Shown one piece after another: positions 38,700 to 50,903 of a stretch of 64,000 bases of DNA. The translations under genes were made by a program, and so were the position numbers. The notes under the pieces were generated by a model. The model saw nothing but the letters and a program-made list of their open reading frames with translations. It had not been told where the DNA came from and did no database searches. Each line of letters starts with the position of its first letter. The stretch's first letter is position 1. Origin of the DNA: Eledone cirrhosa (Eukaryota); the NCBI GenBank assembly GCA_964016885.1, contig OZ024743.1, positions 358,732,001-358,796,000 on the forward strand, given 5' to 3'.

Positions 38700-39310
38700 C
38701 ACTGAACACCCTCTTAAACATGAACAGCACATAATTAGAAGTGGCCTCACATTCCAAATGCTATGCATCACTCTCACTAAGGATCACACATGGCAAATTT
38801 ATATCTTAAACATAACTAGAACAACATCTAAATGACTATCCCCTTCTCTTCAGTGCCAGAAGATATTTCACATCCCTAACAATTTCTGATCTGCTACAAA
38901 GCTTAGGTAAGACTCACAATGGAGTACTGCTCCCACACCTGGGATGGTGCTGCTATAACAGATACAAACAATCCCAACTGATCCAGAAAAAGGCCACTTA
39001 TCTGATCGGCATAAAGTTACTGACTGACAAGCCCAAGCCCCTGGCCCACATTTCTACTGCTACTACAATGGCATCTGTTTCTTGGAGCTGGCAGCTGACC
39101 TCGTTCTAACTTCTTTCAGACACTCTAACTCTCTTCTTCTGATCCTCTATATTGTGCTCAACTCCTCTGGCTCTGCACAACTACTACATCTCACCTTCCT
39201 CCCCTGAACGTTATCTCTCTGGAATTCGTTCCCTGCAAATGTCTTTCATGCATGAGTCAACTTGCAACAATGTAAACTGAACAACAACAGCTTTAGTCTC
39301 ATTGATTTCA
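38700..39310 (+). mobile_element. Old Jockey/CR1-group LINE 3' remnant
   Basis: KWPHI...HALTK-like and MEYCSHTWDGA...IQKKA segments, plus LWNSFPANVF. Heavily decayed. Confidence 0.5.
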
Positions 39311-39598
39311 AAGGGTTTGTAAAGGTCATGGGCACAGGTCGTTGTTCCACACCTAGCAAATAATAATAAAAAAATATATTACCAACACACAATGCACCAC
39401 ACCACGACGACCACTCTGACCACCACGACCACCACCAGCACCACCACCATAGTCATTTACCACATCTACCACATCATCATCTCAGAATCATCACCATCCC
39501 AACACATTACACTATCACCATCATAACTAATTGACAGCATCAATCTCACACAAACATACATATTTACATACACATGTATTTATACATATTGTTTAAAT

Positions 39599-39917
39599 CA
39601 GGGTTGTGCAAAATATTCCATTGGCATACCACTTTTGAACATTGGAACAACTATTAGGGCCATTAATATTTATTAAGCACTATTCCAAAGATTCACCACA
39701 ACTAAATTCCATAACATGGAACTGGGAAATTATAACATATATAGCCCTATCAGTGAAGCCCTTTTGAATAGGTCAACTAACAGAAAATTGTATTACAGTT
39801 ATGAAAAAAATTCTAAATAAGCCTACAAGGTAAAAATTAAAAGCGGTCATCACGGGCCACTCTGACTGGTCTGGCGAGCCGGATTGTGGACCGCGGGCCG
39901 CCTGTTGCACGCCCCTG
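39599..39917. mobile_element. hAT (Charlie-like) MITE
   Basis: TIRs CAGGGTTGTGCAA / CAGGGGCGTGCAA (reverse complement). 8-bp TSD GTTTAAAT / GTCTAAAT. Confidence 0.75.
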
Positions 39918-40029
39918 GTCTAAATAAATATTGAAAGGAAAAACACAGAGAAAAAAAGGGAAGAAAAAGAAAAGTGTAATTAAGCAACGAAAGAAAGGTA
40001 ACGTGGGGATGAAGAGACTGACTGCACAC

Positions 40030-40230
40030 TTCAGCTCGAATGGCAGGCTTCAGTTGCACCTTGCAGACAAAATGGCATAGGCATTGCCGTGTAGAATGGC
40101 CAGTGACATTTGCTGCAGCACTCACCCTACCCCAGGTGGGCTGTAGTCGTCCTGATTTTGCGGCAGTTTGTGGAGTGAGGACACCCGAGGTCTCAACGGC
40201 AACTGGCACGAGAAGGAAGCTGTCTGTCAA
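40030..40230 (-). mobile_element. CRE-like non-LTR element, C-terminal REL endonuclease remnant
   Basis: FLLVPVAVETSG, then in another frame QQMSLAILHGNAYAIL (consensus F.P.AVET.G...QRLS.AIQRGNA..I). Confidence 0.6.
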
Positions 40231-40390
40231 GCCAACAACATCCTAATTTTCTTATCAACTAGAAACTTTCGGACTTTTGCAGTTATCTCCCTTACACCTC
40301 TCGCACGCAATTTAGTATTGCCTGAGTGAAGTGACCGTTTCTGCGCATGCGCGTTCGTACGGTTGTTCTTTCTGTTCCGTATAACCATGT

Positions 40391-40440
40391 CCATTACGAG
40401 CTGAGGATCCGCTAAGGTGAAACAATTGTTCTCGGTATGG
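40391..40440 (+). ncRNA. Minimal type I hammerhead ribozyme motif
   Basis: CCATTACGAG-CTGAGGA-TCCGCTAAGGT-GAAA-CAATTG-TT-CTCGGTATGG. Core intact, palindromic stem III, stem I CGAG/CTCG extended by CCAT/ATGG. Stem II is weak. Confidence 0.65.
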
Positions 40441-40483
40441 TGAACTAACTGTTGTGTAACCACATATATATATATATATATAT

Positions 40484-42344
40484 AACAAAGGAATTGTGGT
40501 AAGGAACCAGATGGACCATAACGCACCAGAGTACTCAATACTTAGGGTAGTAGAGTGGGAAATAGGAAAAAGTATGACCCCGACGGCAGAGCTCCAGCCG
40601 TTTCGACGGCTATTTCTGGACTAAATTAGAATTTTTACCTGGTGAATAAATAGCCGAACTTTTCAAGGGGGTACTTCCTTATATGGGAAGATTGTAGTTG
40701 CCAAGAGGATTGGTTAAAATTTGTTGTAAACACAAATAAATCTATCATGGCATTTGGTGGGAAGTAGGGGTGGCTGAACTTGCCTGTAGAACAATAGGGG
40801 AGTGAGTGGAGCGGTCAAGCGTTGAAAGTGATAAGTATACAGCAGATTCTAAGGATAGTGTATGAAGTGGAGGAGGGAGGTAATAGAAAAGGTAAATCGA
40901 ATGAGAGTAGGAGACAATAAAAGATAATAGAAAGAAATAAAAAAAAAATATAAAATTAGATAGTGAGAAATGAGTAAAAAAAATCACAATGCTATCTTAC
41001 AATTACAGGTTAATAATTTGAGAATAGAAAAAACTTGTAGAAATTGAGTAGTACCAGAAGTGATACAGAATTAAAGGGGTTTAACACGTCTGCTATAAGT
41101 AGTTAGAAAAACGTATTCGGCCAATTCTATCTTAAAATTACAGGGGTGGGGGAACTGATGCTACAGAGGCCCGATGGGCTGCATCGTGGTAGGCGAAGGG
41201 GAAAAGCAGACGAGGAAGAAAATAGGGGGTGGAAAGAAACAGGGGGAAGAAGAAGACAAAGAGGAAAAGAAAAGAGATACATCTACCTAAGTAAGCTGGG
41301 GTTTCCCCTAATTTATTCGGCAAGTAGGGGGGTATCAGCCCTTGTCTACCCACCCGGGTCGTTATGGGGTTTGAGGGCGAGGTAAGTCCTACGCAATCTG
41401 TGTTTACATGCGGTTACCAGTTCCTCTTTCTTGTTTAGGAGTTGGTCCTTCGAAAACAGCATTTGTAATGTTTCCTCCGAGCATAAGTTACACAGACGGC
41501 GTCCTCCCGTGTAAGAGTTAGCTTTGGACAGTAAGCTCCAAGTGAGATTGTAGGTTATATTATTATCTTGGAGGTCCTAGATGTGGCCCGAAAGTGTAGT
41601 GGCATGTCGCCGGACCGGGTTTCGGAAAGTATGTCGGTGTTGGTAGAGCCGGGTCTTGAAGTCACACGCGGTTAATCCTATATAAGCTTTGTTGGAGGTG
41701 TCCGTCCTCACGTTGCACTGGTAGATCACGTTGCGTTCTCGGCATTTGTTGTTGAGGGGGCAATTAGATCTATCAGGGCAGTTACACCTCCTGGTCGGCT
41801 CTCCACTGATGTCTAGGTTATTTCTTCCATAGGGTTGAGTTTTTTGTTGTTTGAGGAGATGATGTTTTGTGTGAAGTTAGGTGTGGTGCTGTAGGAGAGT
41901 TTGATGGTGTTTTTGTTGATTATGTTGTGGTAGCGGTGTTGTAGTGGGAAAGATTTTTCGAGGAGTCTAAAGAAGATTTTCCCGATAGGTGTTGCCACCT
42001 CGGTATTATGGGGAGGGTTGAACCACGTTACGTTGCGTGAGCGGCGGTGTCGCCTGCGGGATCCGCTAAGGGAAGCTGGATAAAAGGATATTTCCTCCCG
42101 GAAGCCACTCAGCTTGAGGGCCTGGTTGTAATGAGGCGCGTGTTCGTCAAATATCTGCTCATTAGCGGACAAGCGAGATATGCGGAGGGAGATGTTTTTA
42201 ACCAGGTTATTGGTGATGTTTCCAGGATGGTTAGGAGGAAATATCCTTTTATCCAGCTTCCCTTAGGAAGGCTAAAAATTCTAATTTAGTCCAGAAATAG
42301 CCGTCGAAACGGCTTGAGCTCTGCCGTCGGGGTCATACTTTTTC
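40484..42344 (-). mobile_element. 5'-truncated Penelope-like element (GIY-YIG, possibly Naiad-type) with an inverted partial pLTR
   Basis: VTWFNPP...IKLSYS, then CNCPDRSNCPLNNKCRERNVIYQC...YIGLT..FKTRLYQH...LSGHI*DL...CNLC..E...LNKKEELVTACKH. About 40566-40637 is repeated in inverted orientation at about 42273-42344. Flanked by (TA)n on both sides. Confidence 0.88.
40577..40672 (-). ncRNA. Type I hammerhead ribozyme motif with a variant core
   Basis: Minus strand: ACCCCC-TTGAAAA-GTTCGGCTATTT...AAATAGCCGTC-GAAA-CGGC-TGGAGCTCT-GCCG-TC-GGGGT. Stems I-III all form and the cleavage triplet is GUC. Confidence 0.65.
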
Positions 42345-42452
42345 ATATATATATGCAAAAGTTTTATTTAATATCGTATATGTAGAAGTTTTATTTAATT
42401 TATTGGGATACAACAAGCAAATATTTTTATAGTTTCCATTTGTTAATATATC

Positions 42453-42654
<202 letters not shown>

Positions 42655-42796
42655 AGTATATGTTGGTTGTATACCAACACCTTAGTATGCAGATTAGAGC
42701 ACTCGACGAAGTGCGCAGGTTGGTTTGTTTACTCCGGAGTAATGTAAAATAAAATAAAATAAATAAGTCAAATGTTTAAATTTAGCTTCGTTTATT

Positions 42797-42853
42797 ACTG
42801 CTATATATATATTTCGGTGACAGCCATCTTTGGCTGTGACCTCTTCAGGCAGT
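42797..42853 (-). ncRNA. Minimal type I hammerhead ribozyme with a canonical core
   Basis: Minus strand: ACTGC-CTGAAGA-GGTCACAGCC-AAAGAT-GGCTGTCACC-GAAA-TATATATATA-GCAGT. 5-bp stem I, 9/10-bp stem II, palindromic (TA)n stem III. Confidence 0.8.
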
Positions 42854-43469
42854 CCGAATTAGTGTGGTATAGACAAGTACATATGTTGTTGAGGTGTATA
42901 ACTTTGTCAATACTCTGATATGCCCAGTTCCTGGTTGGGTTGTTATTTCACTGAGGAACTGGAATCATATGAATTCAAACAAACGAATTTCAGTGTCAAA
43001 GGGCCTCTTCTCCTCTCATTAGTCAGTTGTTAGAACATTCCTCATTTAAAAGTCTATAGAAATTCGTTCTGAGGCAAGCCAATCTGTAGTTGTTGTTCTT
43101 GTTATTGTTAGGTACATCTGACTTCAATTCTTGTGTTGGTAGTGTTGTTATTGTTGGAGTTAGCTAAAAAAAAATTGATAAAGTTGTAGAAGGAATAAGA
43201 TGGTAAAGGAACAAAATAACAAAAAAATGTCAAACTTCCCATTGGTCAGTTTTGAGAGCATTCCTCAGTCCAAAGTCTATAGAAATTCTTTCTGGGTTAG
43301 GCTCCCTGTAGTGTTTGTGTTTGCTATTGTTAAGTACATCTGACCTCTACCCTTATTTTGGTAGTGTTGTTGGCGTTGTGGTCAGCTTATGTCTTGCTGC
43401 TGCTGACAATTTAGAAGTATCTGTGTGTGTGTTTCTTCATACATGGCATTTCTAAGACTTGCAATTCAC

Positions 43470-46400
43470 GATGGTTGTTGAAGGCCTTTAACTACGACCC
43501 CTCCTCCGACTATGCCGTCCATGCAGATATTCAAATTGGGGAAATGACCTCTACTTGCCAGTTTTGTCGTACGAAAAAGTGGCCAGGGGAGAGACATGGA
43601 ATGTGCTGTTCAAACGGTAAAGTTAGACTACCTCCTATTCACGACCCTCCAGAGACATTGCAACTCCTTTTGGCAGACACGACGGAGGAATCATCGAAGT
43701 TTCTGCGTAACATCCGCCGCTACAATTCCGCGTTTCAGATGACATCATTCGGAGCAAAGCTTGCCTCGGAACGTGGGTTCATGCCAACTTTCAAGGTCCA
43801 GGGGCAGATCTACCACTTGATTGGTTCTATTCAGCCTCTGGCAGAAAAGGATCCTCAATTTCTTCAGTTATACTTCGTTGGAAACTATCAGGAGCAGGCA
43901 GAGATGCGAAACTCTATTTCGTCCGAAACTAACATTGGAACCATAATAAAACTTCAAGAAATGCTTCACGACAAAAACAGCTATGTTCGCAGTTTCAAGT
44001 ACGCTTTGGAAACAGCCACCGACCAAAACTTTAGTGTGGTCATACATGCTGACCGAAGGCCATCTGGAGAACACGCTGATCGATTCAACGCACCAATATG
44101 TAATGAGATTGCTGCGGTTATTTGTGGTGAACAGTACAACAAGAGAGATATCATTCTAAAGCACCGAGACAGCACATTACAGCGTATCAATGAGACACAG
44201 GTCCTACGATGCACTCCAGTATCCATTGATATTTATCAACGGCGAGGACGGATACCATTTCGGCATTCCTCAACATTCGGCAGGCAATGGTGAAGCACAT
44301 CTTAGGAAAACTGTCTCCTGCATGGATTTCTACGCTTTCCGATTTATGGTAAGGGTCAATTCATTCAACCATCAACACCTTTTCCAACAATTTGCTGTTG
44401 ATATGGCCGTTAAAACGGAGTCAGAGAGATTATGGTTCATTAAATTAAATCAAAAGAAACTTCGATCTGAATGCTACATTCATCTACGCGATGGAATTAA
44501 TAACGACGTATCCCCAGACAATTTAGGGCAAGTGTGTATTTTGCCTTCAACGTTCACAGGGGGACCCCCGATACATGCACGAGAAGACTCAGGACGCCAT
44601 GACTTACATACGACATTATGGGCGCCCCAACCTTTTCATAACGTTTACATGCGATCCCAAGTGGAGGGAGATTACAAACGAACTGTTCCACGGTCAAGCG
44701 CCAAAACACAGGCACGATCTCATAGCAAGAGTGTTTCGCCTGAAATTATTCAAATTAATGGATTTATTAAAGAAAGGACAGGTTTTTGGGCCTGTCAGGT
44801 GCGACATGTACACGGTTGAATGGCAGAAACGAGAGCTGCCGCATGCCCTTATCTTGATTTGGTTGGTTACAAAAATCAGTTCAACCTACATCGACAAATT
44901 CATTTCTGCCGAACTACCTGATCTGTCGATTGACAAGGACCACTTCTCTATAGTCACATCAATATGAAGTCCCTGTGCATACACGACGGAAAGTGTACAA
45001 AACGATATCCCTGGCCGTTTTTACAGGAAACACAGACTGGCGGTGACGGATATCCGTTGTATAGGCGCAGGAGACCTGAAGACGGTGGGTTCACAGCAAA
45101 AGTTGGTGAACGCGAAATCGACAACAGATGGATAGAGCCATATTGCCCCCCTCCTTTTGAAAGCGTTCAACGCCCATATAAACGTCGAATTTTGCAACTC
45201 AGTAAAATCAATTAAATACGTTTGTAAGTACGTAAACAAGGGATCGGATGATGCCGTCTTTGGTCTTCGTCATGAAAACAGTAGAGACGAGGTATCTGAC
45301 TATCAAGCAGGCCGATACATTAGCAGCAATGAAGCCTTTTGGCGCGTTTTTAGTTTCCCACTGCACCAACGACATCCTGTCATTAAACAACTTGCCGTTC
45401 ACCTTGAAAACGGTCAACGGGTGTATTTTAATGATGCAACAGATGCTCAGTTAGCGATCTCACAAAAGGAAACTACACTCACCGCTTTTTTCAAACTTTG
45501 TCAACACGACGACTTCGCTCGAACTCTGCTGTATTCTGAAATACCGTCTTACTATACATGGAACCAGACAAAATGATTACGAAGGAAGGTAGGACAAGAG
45601 GTGGTTGGACATCAGGCATCAAATTCGACAATTGCCTTGGGCGAGTTTATACGGTCCACCCAACCCAACTTGAATGCTTCTACCTGCGACTTCTACTTCA
45701 TGAGGTAAGAGGGCCGACTAGCTTCAATCATCCGAGAACCGTCGATGGATACGCCTGCGGAACGTACAGGGAAGCCTGCTTGAGGCGTGGACTTTTAGAA
45801 GATGACGCACAATGGGATGCAACCTTGACGGGAGCTGCCATCTCACAATCATCCCGTAGTCTAAGAGCACCTTTTGCAATCCTCTTGCACCTCTGTGAAT
45901 TGAGCGATCCTTACTCTTTATGGCAAAAGTTTAAAGATGATTTCGCAGACGAATATAGGCGTCTCGCTCAATTGCAATCTCAAAACTTAGATGTCGGCTT
46001 TTCAGACGCTATATATAACAGAGCTCTGATCGATATTGAAGACAGAGAGGCTTCAATGGGCGGAGATGTCTTGGAGAAATATGGGCTTCCGCAAACACTT
46101 CGAGATGCGCCATCTGACATTCCCAACGACATTATACGGGAAACGTCATATGATGTCGACGAACTCAAAAGGTATGTTGAAGAGAATGAACCAAAACTTC
46201 TAATGGATCAAAAACAAGCCTACAACTTTGTCGTTGATTCCATCCGTAATCGGGAAGGGGGTATATTCTTCCTGGACGCACCTGGAGGCACGGGCAAAAC
46301 ATTCCTAATCAAACTTTTACTCGCTGCAGTGAGGCAACACGGAAACATCGCATTGGCCGTAGCTTCTTCCGGCATTGCAGCAACTTTGCTGCCTGGTGGC

Positions 46401-47824
46401 AGGACGGCCCATTCTGCCTTCAGTCTTCCTCTCAACGTGGCATCATCTGAGACACCGACGTGCAACATCAGCAAGTCTTTCGGAAAAGCGCTGGTGTTAA
46501 AGCGCTGCCTACTAATTGTTTCGGACGAATGCACAATGGCCCACAGGACGGCTTTCGAGGCATTAGACCGGTCACTCAGAGACATCAGGGACTGTCAAGA
46601 ACCAATGGGAGGTGTCACTTTCCTGTTATCTGGGGACTTCCGACAGACTCTGCCTGTAATCCCAAAAGGTACGCGGGCTGATGAGGTTGGTGCATGCCTT
46701 AAGGCCTCCCCACTTTGGCGTTATGTAAGAAAGCTGACGCTTACAACAAACATGAGAGCACAACTGCAAGGTGATGAGACATCAGCGGGTTTTGCTGCTG
46801 CCATTTTGTTGTTGGGAGATGGCAAAGTCCCACTCGATGGAGATGGTACAGCGGACCTCACAGGGATTTGCAGATGCGTTAAGTCAATTACTGAGTTACG
46901 GACGTCTGTTTTTCATAATCTTGAGGAGAACTACACAAATCAAGAGTGGTTGTGTGAACGCGCAATATTGGCTTCGAAAAACCACATAGTTGAAAGCATC
47001 AATGAACAGCTCATGCTGTGCTTGCCTGGAAACCTGCACGTCTACAAGACCCTTGACTCTATGGCTGATCCGGACGAAGTTGTTAATTACTCCACAGAAT
47101 TTCTTAACTCCCTAGACCCTCCCGGATTGCCACCACACTTACTGTGACTTAAGAAAGGTGCCCCCTGTCATGCTCCTCAGAAATTTGGAACCCCGAAGGC
47201 TTTCCAACGGCACGCGTCTGGTCATCCAAAAGGCGATGCCTCATCTTATTGAGGCAACAATACTTACAGGATGTGGTAAGGGGGATACTGTCTTCATACC
47301 AAGGATACCTCTCATTCCATCCGGTAAAGACATTCCTTTCATATTCAGAAGGCTGCAATTCCCTCTCCGACTCAGTTTCGCCATGTTGATTAATAAACCA
47401 CAGGGTCAGACGCTGACGGTCGTAGGGCTTAATTTAGAAGAACCGTGCTTCTCCCATGGTCAACTATATGTTGGCTGCTCTCGAGTGGGGAGCCGACATA
47501 ACCTATTTGCTTTTGCAGCTCGCGAGAAAACCCAAAATATAGTCTATAAGGAAGTTTTGTAGGCACCCCATCCGCCAACAGGTAATCGCTGTTTTTTTTT
47601 TGTATCCGTGTGCTATTTTTGTCCTTTTGAAAATACCACGTACGCCTCTGAGGTTGCTTTTGCTATACGTTATAAATGTTCAATGTCTCCGTTCAAAGGC
47701 CATCTTTAGGGCCAACACATATAAATTGTTACTTCTATAGTCGTGTTTAACGGAAGTCTTTCGGTTCATTTGAACGACTACTCCATTGAGAGTTATACCG
47801 GGCAATGCCGGGTACCTCTGCTAG
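43470..47824 (+). mobile_element. Helitron (Rep/Pif1 helicase), multiply frameshifted, 5' end not seen
   Basis: CCSNGKV; Rep motifs PNLFITFTC, VEWQKRELPHAL and KYVCKYVNKG; Pif1 motifs DAPGGTGKT, DECTM, GDFRQTLPV and FSHGQLYVGCSRV. 3' hairpin TACCGGGCAATGCCGGGTA, then CTAG|T at 47821-47825. Confidence 0.95.
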
Positions 47825-48099
47825 TTTTCAATAAATCAATAATATGGCGGTTTGGTGTCATCGTGGTTCATTTATATATATTCATTTTCTGCGCGATCAA
47901 AGAACTATCATATCATCATCTTATTGAACACTTACTCACTTACCTGCACACATGCAACCTCTGGTCACGCTATCACACAACAGTGACCACACAGCAAGTT
48001 ACAAGTGAGCACTCACGCAACAAACGAATCAACACCACATCATCAGCTACCAACTCGACCATCAAATCTTCACTATAAGCTTGCGCAGTGCACTCTACA

Positions 48100-48660
48100 T
48101 ACAAATGGAGTTCCACTGAAGCAGGTAGAAAAGTTCAAATATCTCTGGGCCGTGTTCATGAATTGCAGGAGCTAGTGCTATAATGCACCAGCTTCAGCAT
48201 TCAGTGATCAGAAGAAGGGATGTAGGCATAAAAACCAAACTCGCTGTCTTCAATTCGGTACTCGTGCCAACCCTTACCTATGGTTATGAACCTTGGGTAA
48301 TGACCGAAAGAATACGATCCCGAATACAAGCGGTCGAAATGGGGTTCCTTCGAAGAGTCTTAGGAGTAACGTTACTCAATAGAGTGCGTAGCCCGAAGAT
48401 CAGAGAGTCACTCCAGGTGGAGCTGCTACTTTTTCGAATTGAGAGATCAATGGCCATGTGGTTAGAATTGCTCAGGAAAATATTGCTGAATAGATTTTTT
48501 CGGGTAAACCAACTGGCGGGACCAGGGGTAGATCCTGAGCATGATGGTTGGATAACATCCATGAGCTTGATCAGTTGGAAATGGTTGCTACTGACAGGAC
48601 GCGCGGGAAGGAGTGTTTGAGGCCTCTGCCCCCACGACCCTCTCAAGAATACGTGGGTGA
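48100..48660 (+). mobile_element. RTE-like LINE 3' remnant (same family as 21320-22440)
   Basis: VEKFKYL, KLAVFNSVLVPTLTYGYEPW, IQAVEMGFLRR and LPPRPSQE. Confidence 0.85.
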
Positions 48661-48663
48661 AGA

Positions 48664-48766
<103 letters not shown>

Positions 48767-49314
48767 GACGAGGTGTTAGATCTTCATTACATTTATTGAA
48801 GCGTTTCGCGGTTGATCAGCTCAAGGCTCAACTGTATCGATCTGGCCCAACTCTGGAATCAAAAGCTCGTCGGACTTCTGTTATGGTAATCCCTATATAT
48901 ATATAATAAAAGTAACGAAGGTCGCTGTTATAAATACAGCATCCCCCAACCAGCGTCTAGCTCACTCAATGAATCTGGCGAGTTGCAGTAATGCAGCTGC
49001 AATAAATTGTTTAGGTAGAGAGAGATGTAAATATCTTATTTCCTGGACGATCATTTACTTGCGCAATGTTCAGAAAATTACGTAAAATCAGCGGATATTT
49101 ACGTAATCGGGCTATTACACGTCTTCAGCAGGTTGTCCAAATCATACGATAGTTCCGTGTAGTGTGAGGTAGCTTTCACTACTGGATAAGCTATCTAGCA
49201 GTTCACACCAATCCCTCACTCCACCTCTAATGAATCTCTCTCAGACTATAACACGTGGTTTTGGTAGTTGAATTCAAACAAAGTAATTCGCGCCAATATA
49301 TATATTATTAATGT

Positions 49315-49370
<56 letters not shown>

Positions 49371-49528
49371 AATAGAGAAAGTGAGATAAAAGAGAGAGAT
49401 ATATATACAGTATATATATATATATATAGAAAGAAGAGATAGATAGAGAGACGTTGAGAGAGAAAGAGAATATATATAGAGAGAGACATTAAGTGAGACA
49501 GAAAGAAATAGAGTCAGTTAGAGAGAGG

Positions 49529-49564
<36 letters not shown>

Positions 49565-49829
49565 GAGAGTGAGGGAGAGAGAGAGAGAGAGAAACATTAT
49601 ATGACTGTATAAACGAGAATGAGTTCCTGCCACAGAGTCACTGTGCTAGAAAGAGCATTAACCCCCCCCCCCACCATTCCTCTCTGGGGGAAAAAGTCTA
49701 TGGTGAGCATGTCGGAGCTCAGATTAGTTGAAAACACTAAAAACCTTAAATATTACCAATTTTATTTAGTGTTATTAGCGGACAACGTAAAACAAACTAA
49801 CAAACTTATTTTTTATAAATTTCTGGACA

Positions 49830-50704
49830 ACTTGAATTGCATCTCAACTGACGAATGCGAAACAATTTGAAGTGCCTGAGGGCACAGTTCAGACGATCGT
49901 TCGTGACAATTTGAATATGCGCAAAGTTTGTGTAAAGTTTCTTCCTAGAGTGTTCAATGAAGATCAAAGGCAGAGGCGCGTTGATGACAGCAAGGAAATG
50001 GTGGAGTGGCTCGCTTCCAATCTAAGTGTCCTTGAGTCTCTGGTAACCTGTGACGAGAGCTGGGTCTAATGTTATGATCCAGAGACCGAGAGACAGAGTG
50101 CCCAGTGGAAACATTCTGACTCTCCAAGACCCAAGAAGGCCAGGAAAAGCATGTCTACTGGGAAGCTCATGATGATCCCATTCTTCGACAGCAAGGACAT
50201 CATCTACATTCACAGTTTACCCAACATCCAGCCAGTCAACAAAAAGTACCTTGTATTTTGTAGAGATTTTGATGCAGTTCAAAAAGAGATTTCCTCGCAA
50301 TAGACCAGAACGCTTCAAGTCTGGTCAGTGGCACCTGTACCAGGACAATGTCCTCTGCCACAAATACATCTTGGTGACTAACTACTTGGTCGATATGGAT
50401 CAAGACTATCCCTCATTCTCCCTACAGTTCAGACTTAGCCCCATACGACTTCTGGATGTTTCCGAAGTTGAAAGAGAAATTCCGCTTTGATGATGTGGAG
50501 GAAATGAAGGAGGCTGTGACAAGCGTCCTGGATACCTTCATTTTGGAGGACTATTGGGGGCTTCTTGGAAGTGGCTGGGGCGCTACAACAATTGCATTGA
50601 AGCTGGAGGATCCTACTTTAAGGGAGACTAGAGTTTTGTGTTGATCTGAGTTAAATAAATGTCTCTCTGATAAATGTTTCAAAACCTCTTGAGTGTACCT
50701 CGTA
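49830..50704 (+). mobile_element. Mariner transposase remnant with right TIR
   Basis: LNMRKVCVKFLPR, VTCDESWV*CYDPET, WHLYQDN and PYSSDLAPYDFWMFPKLK. Ends GTGTACCTCGTA. Confidence 0.88.
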
Positions 50705-50903
50705 TAAAGAATTCTATCTTTCGAAACTCTTTTCCACTTACTCAAAATAGGGTTTCCCACCATCCCCAACCACTAGGAAATCTATAAATATCGACCACTC
50801 TCTATGCTAATTGGTATTCCTGATGATTCCTTACGAATGAAACAGTTCTAGTCATGTAGAAGCCATTTCTATATTAAATAACAACAACAACAACAATAAT
50901 AAT

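Noticed and set aside
45558-47562. Host PIF1 helicase gene
   Set aside because: Intronless, frameshifted, preceded by Rep motifs and followed by the Helitron hairpin and CTAG.
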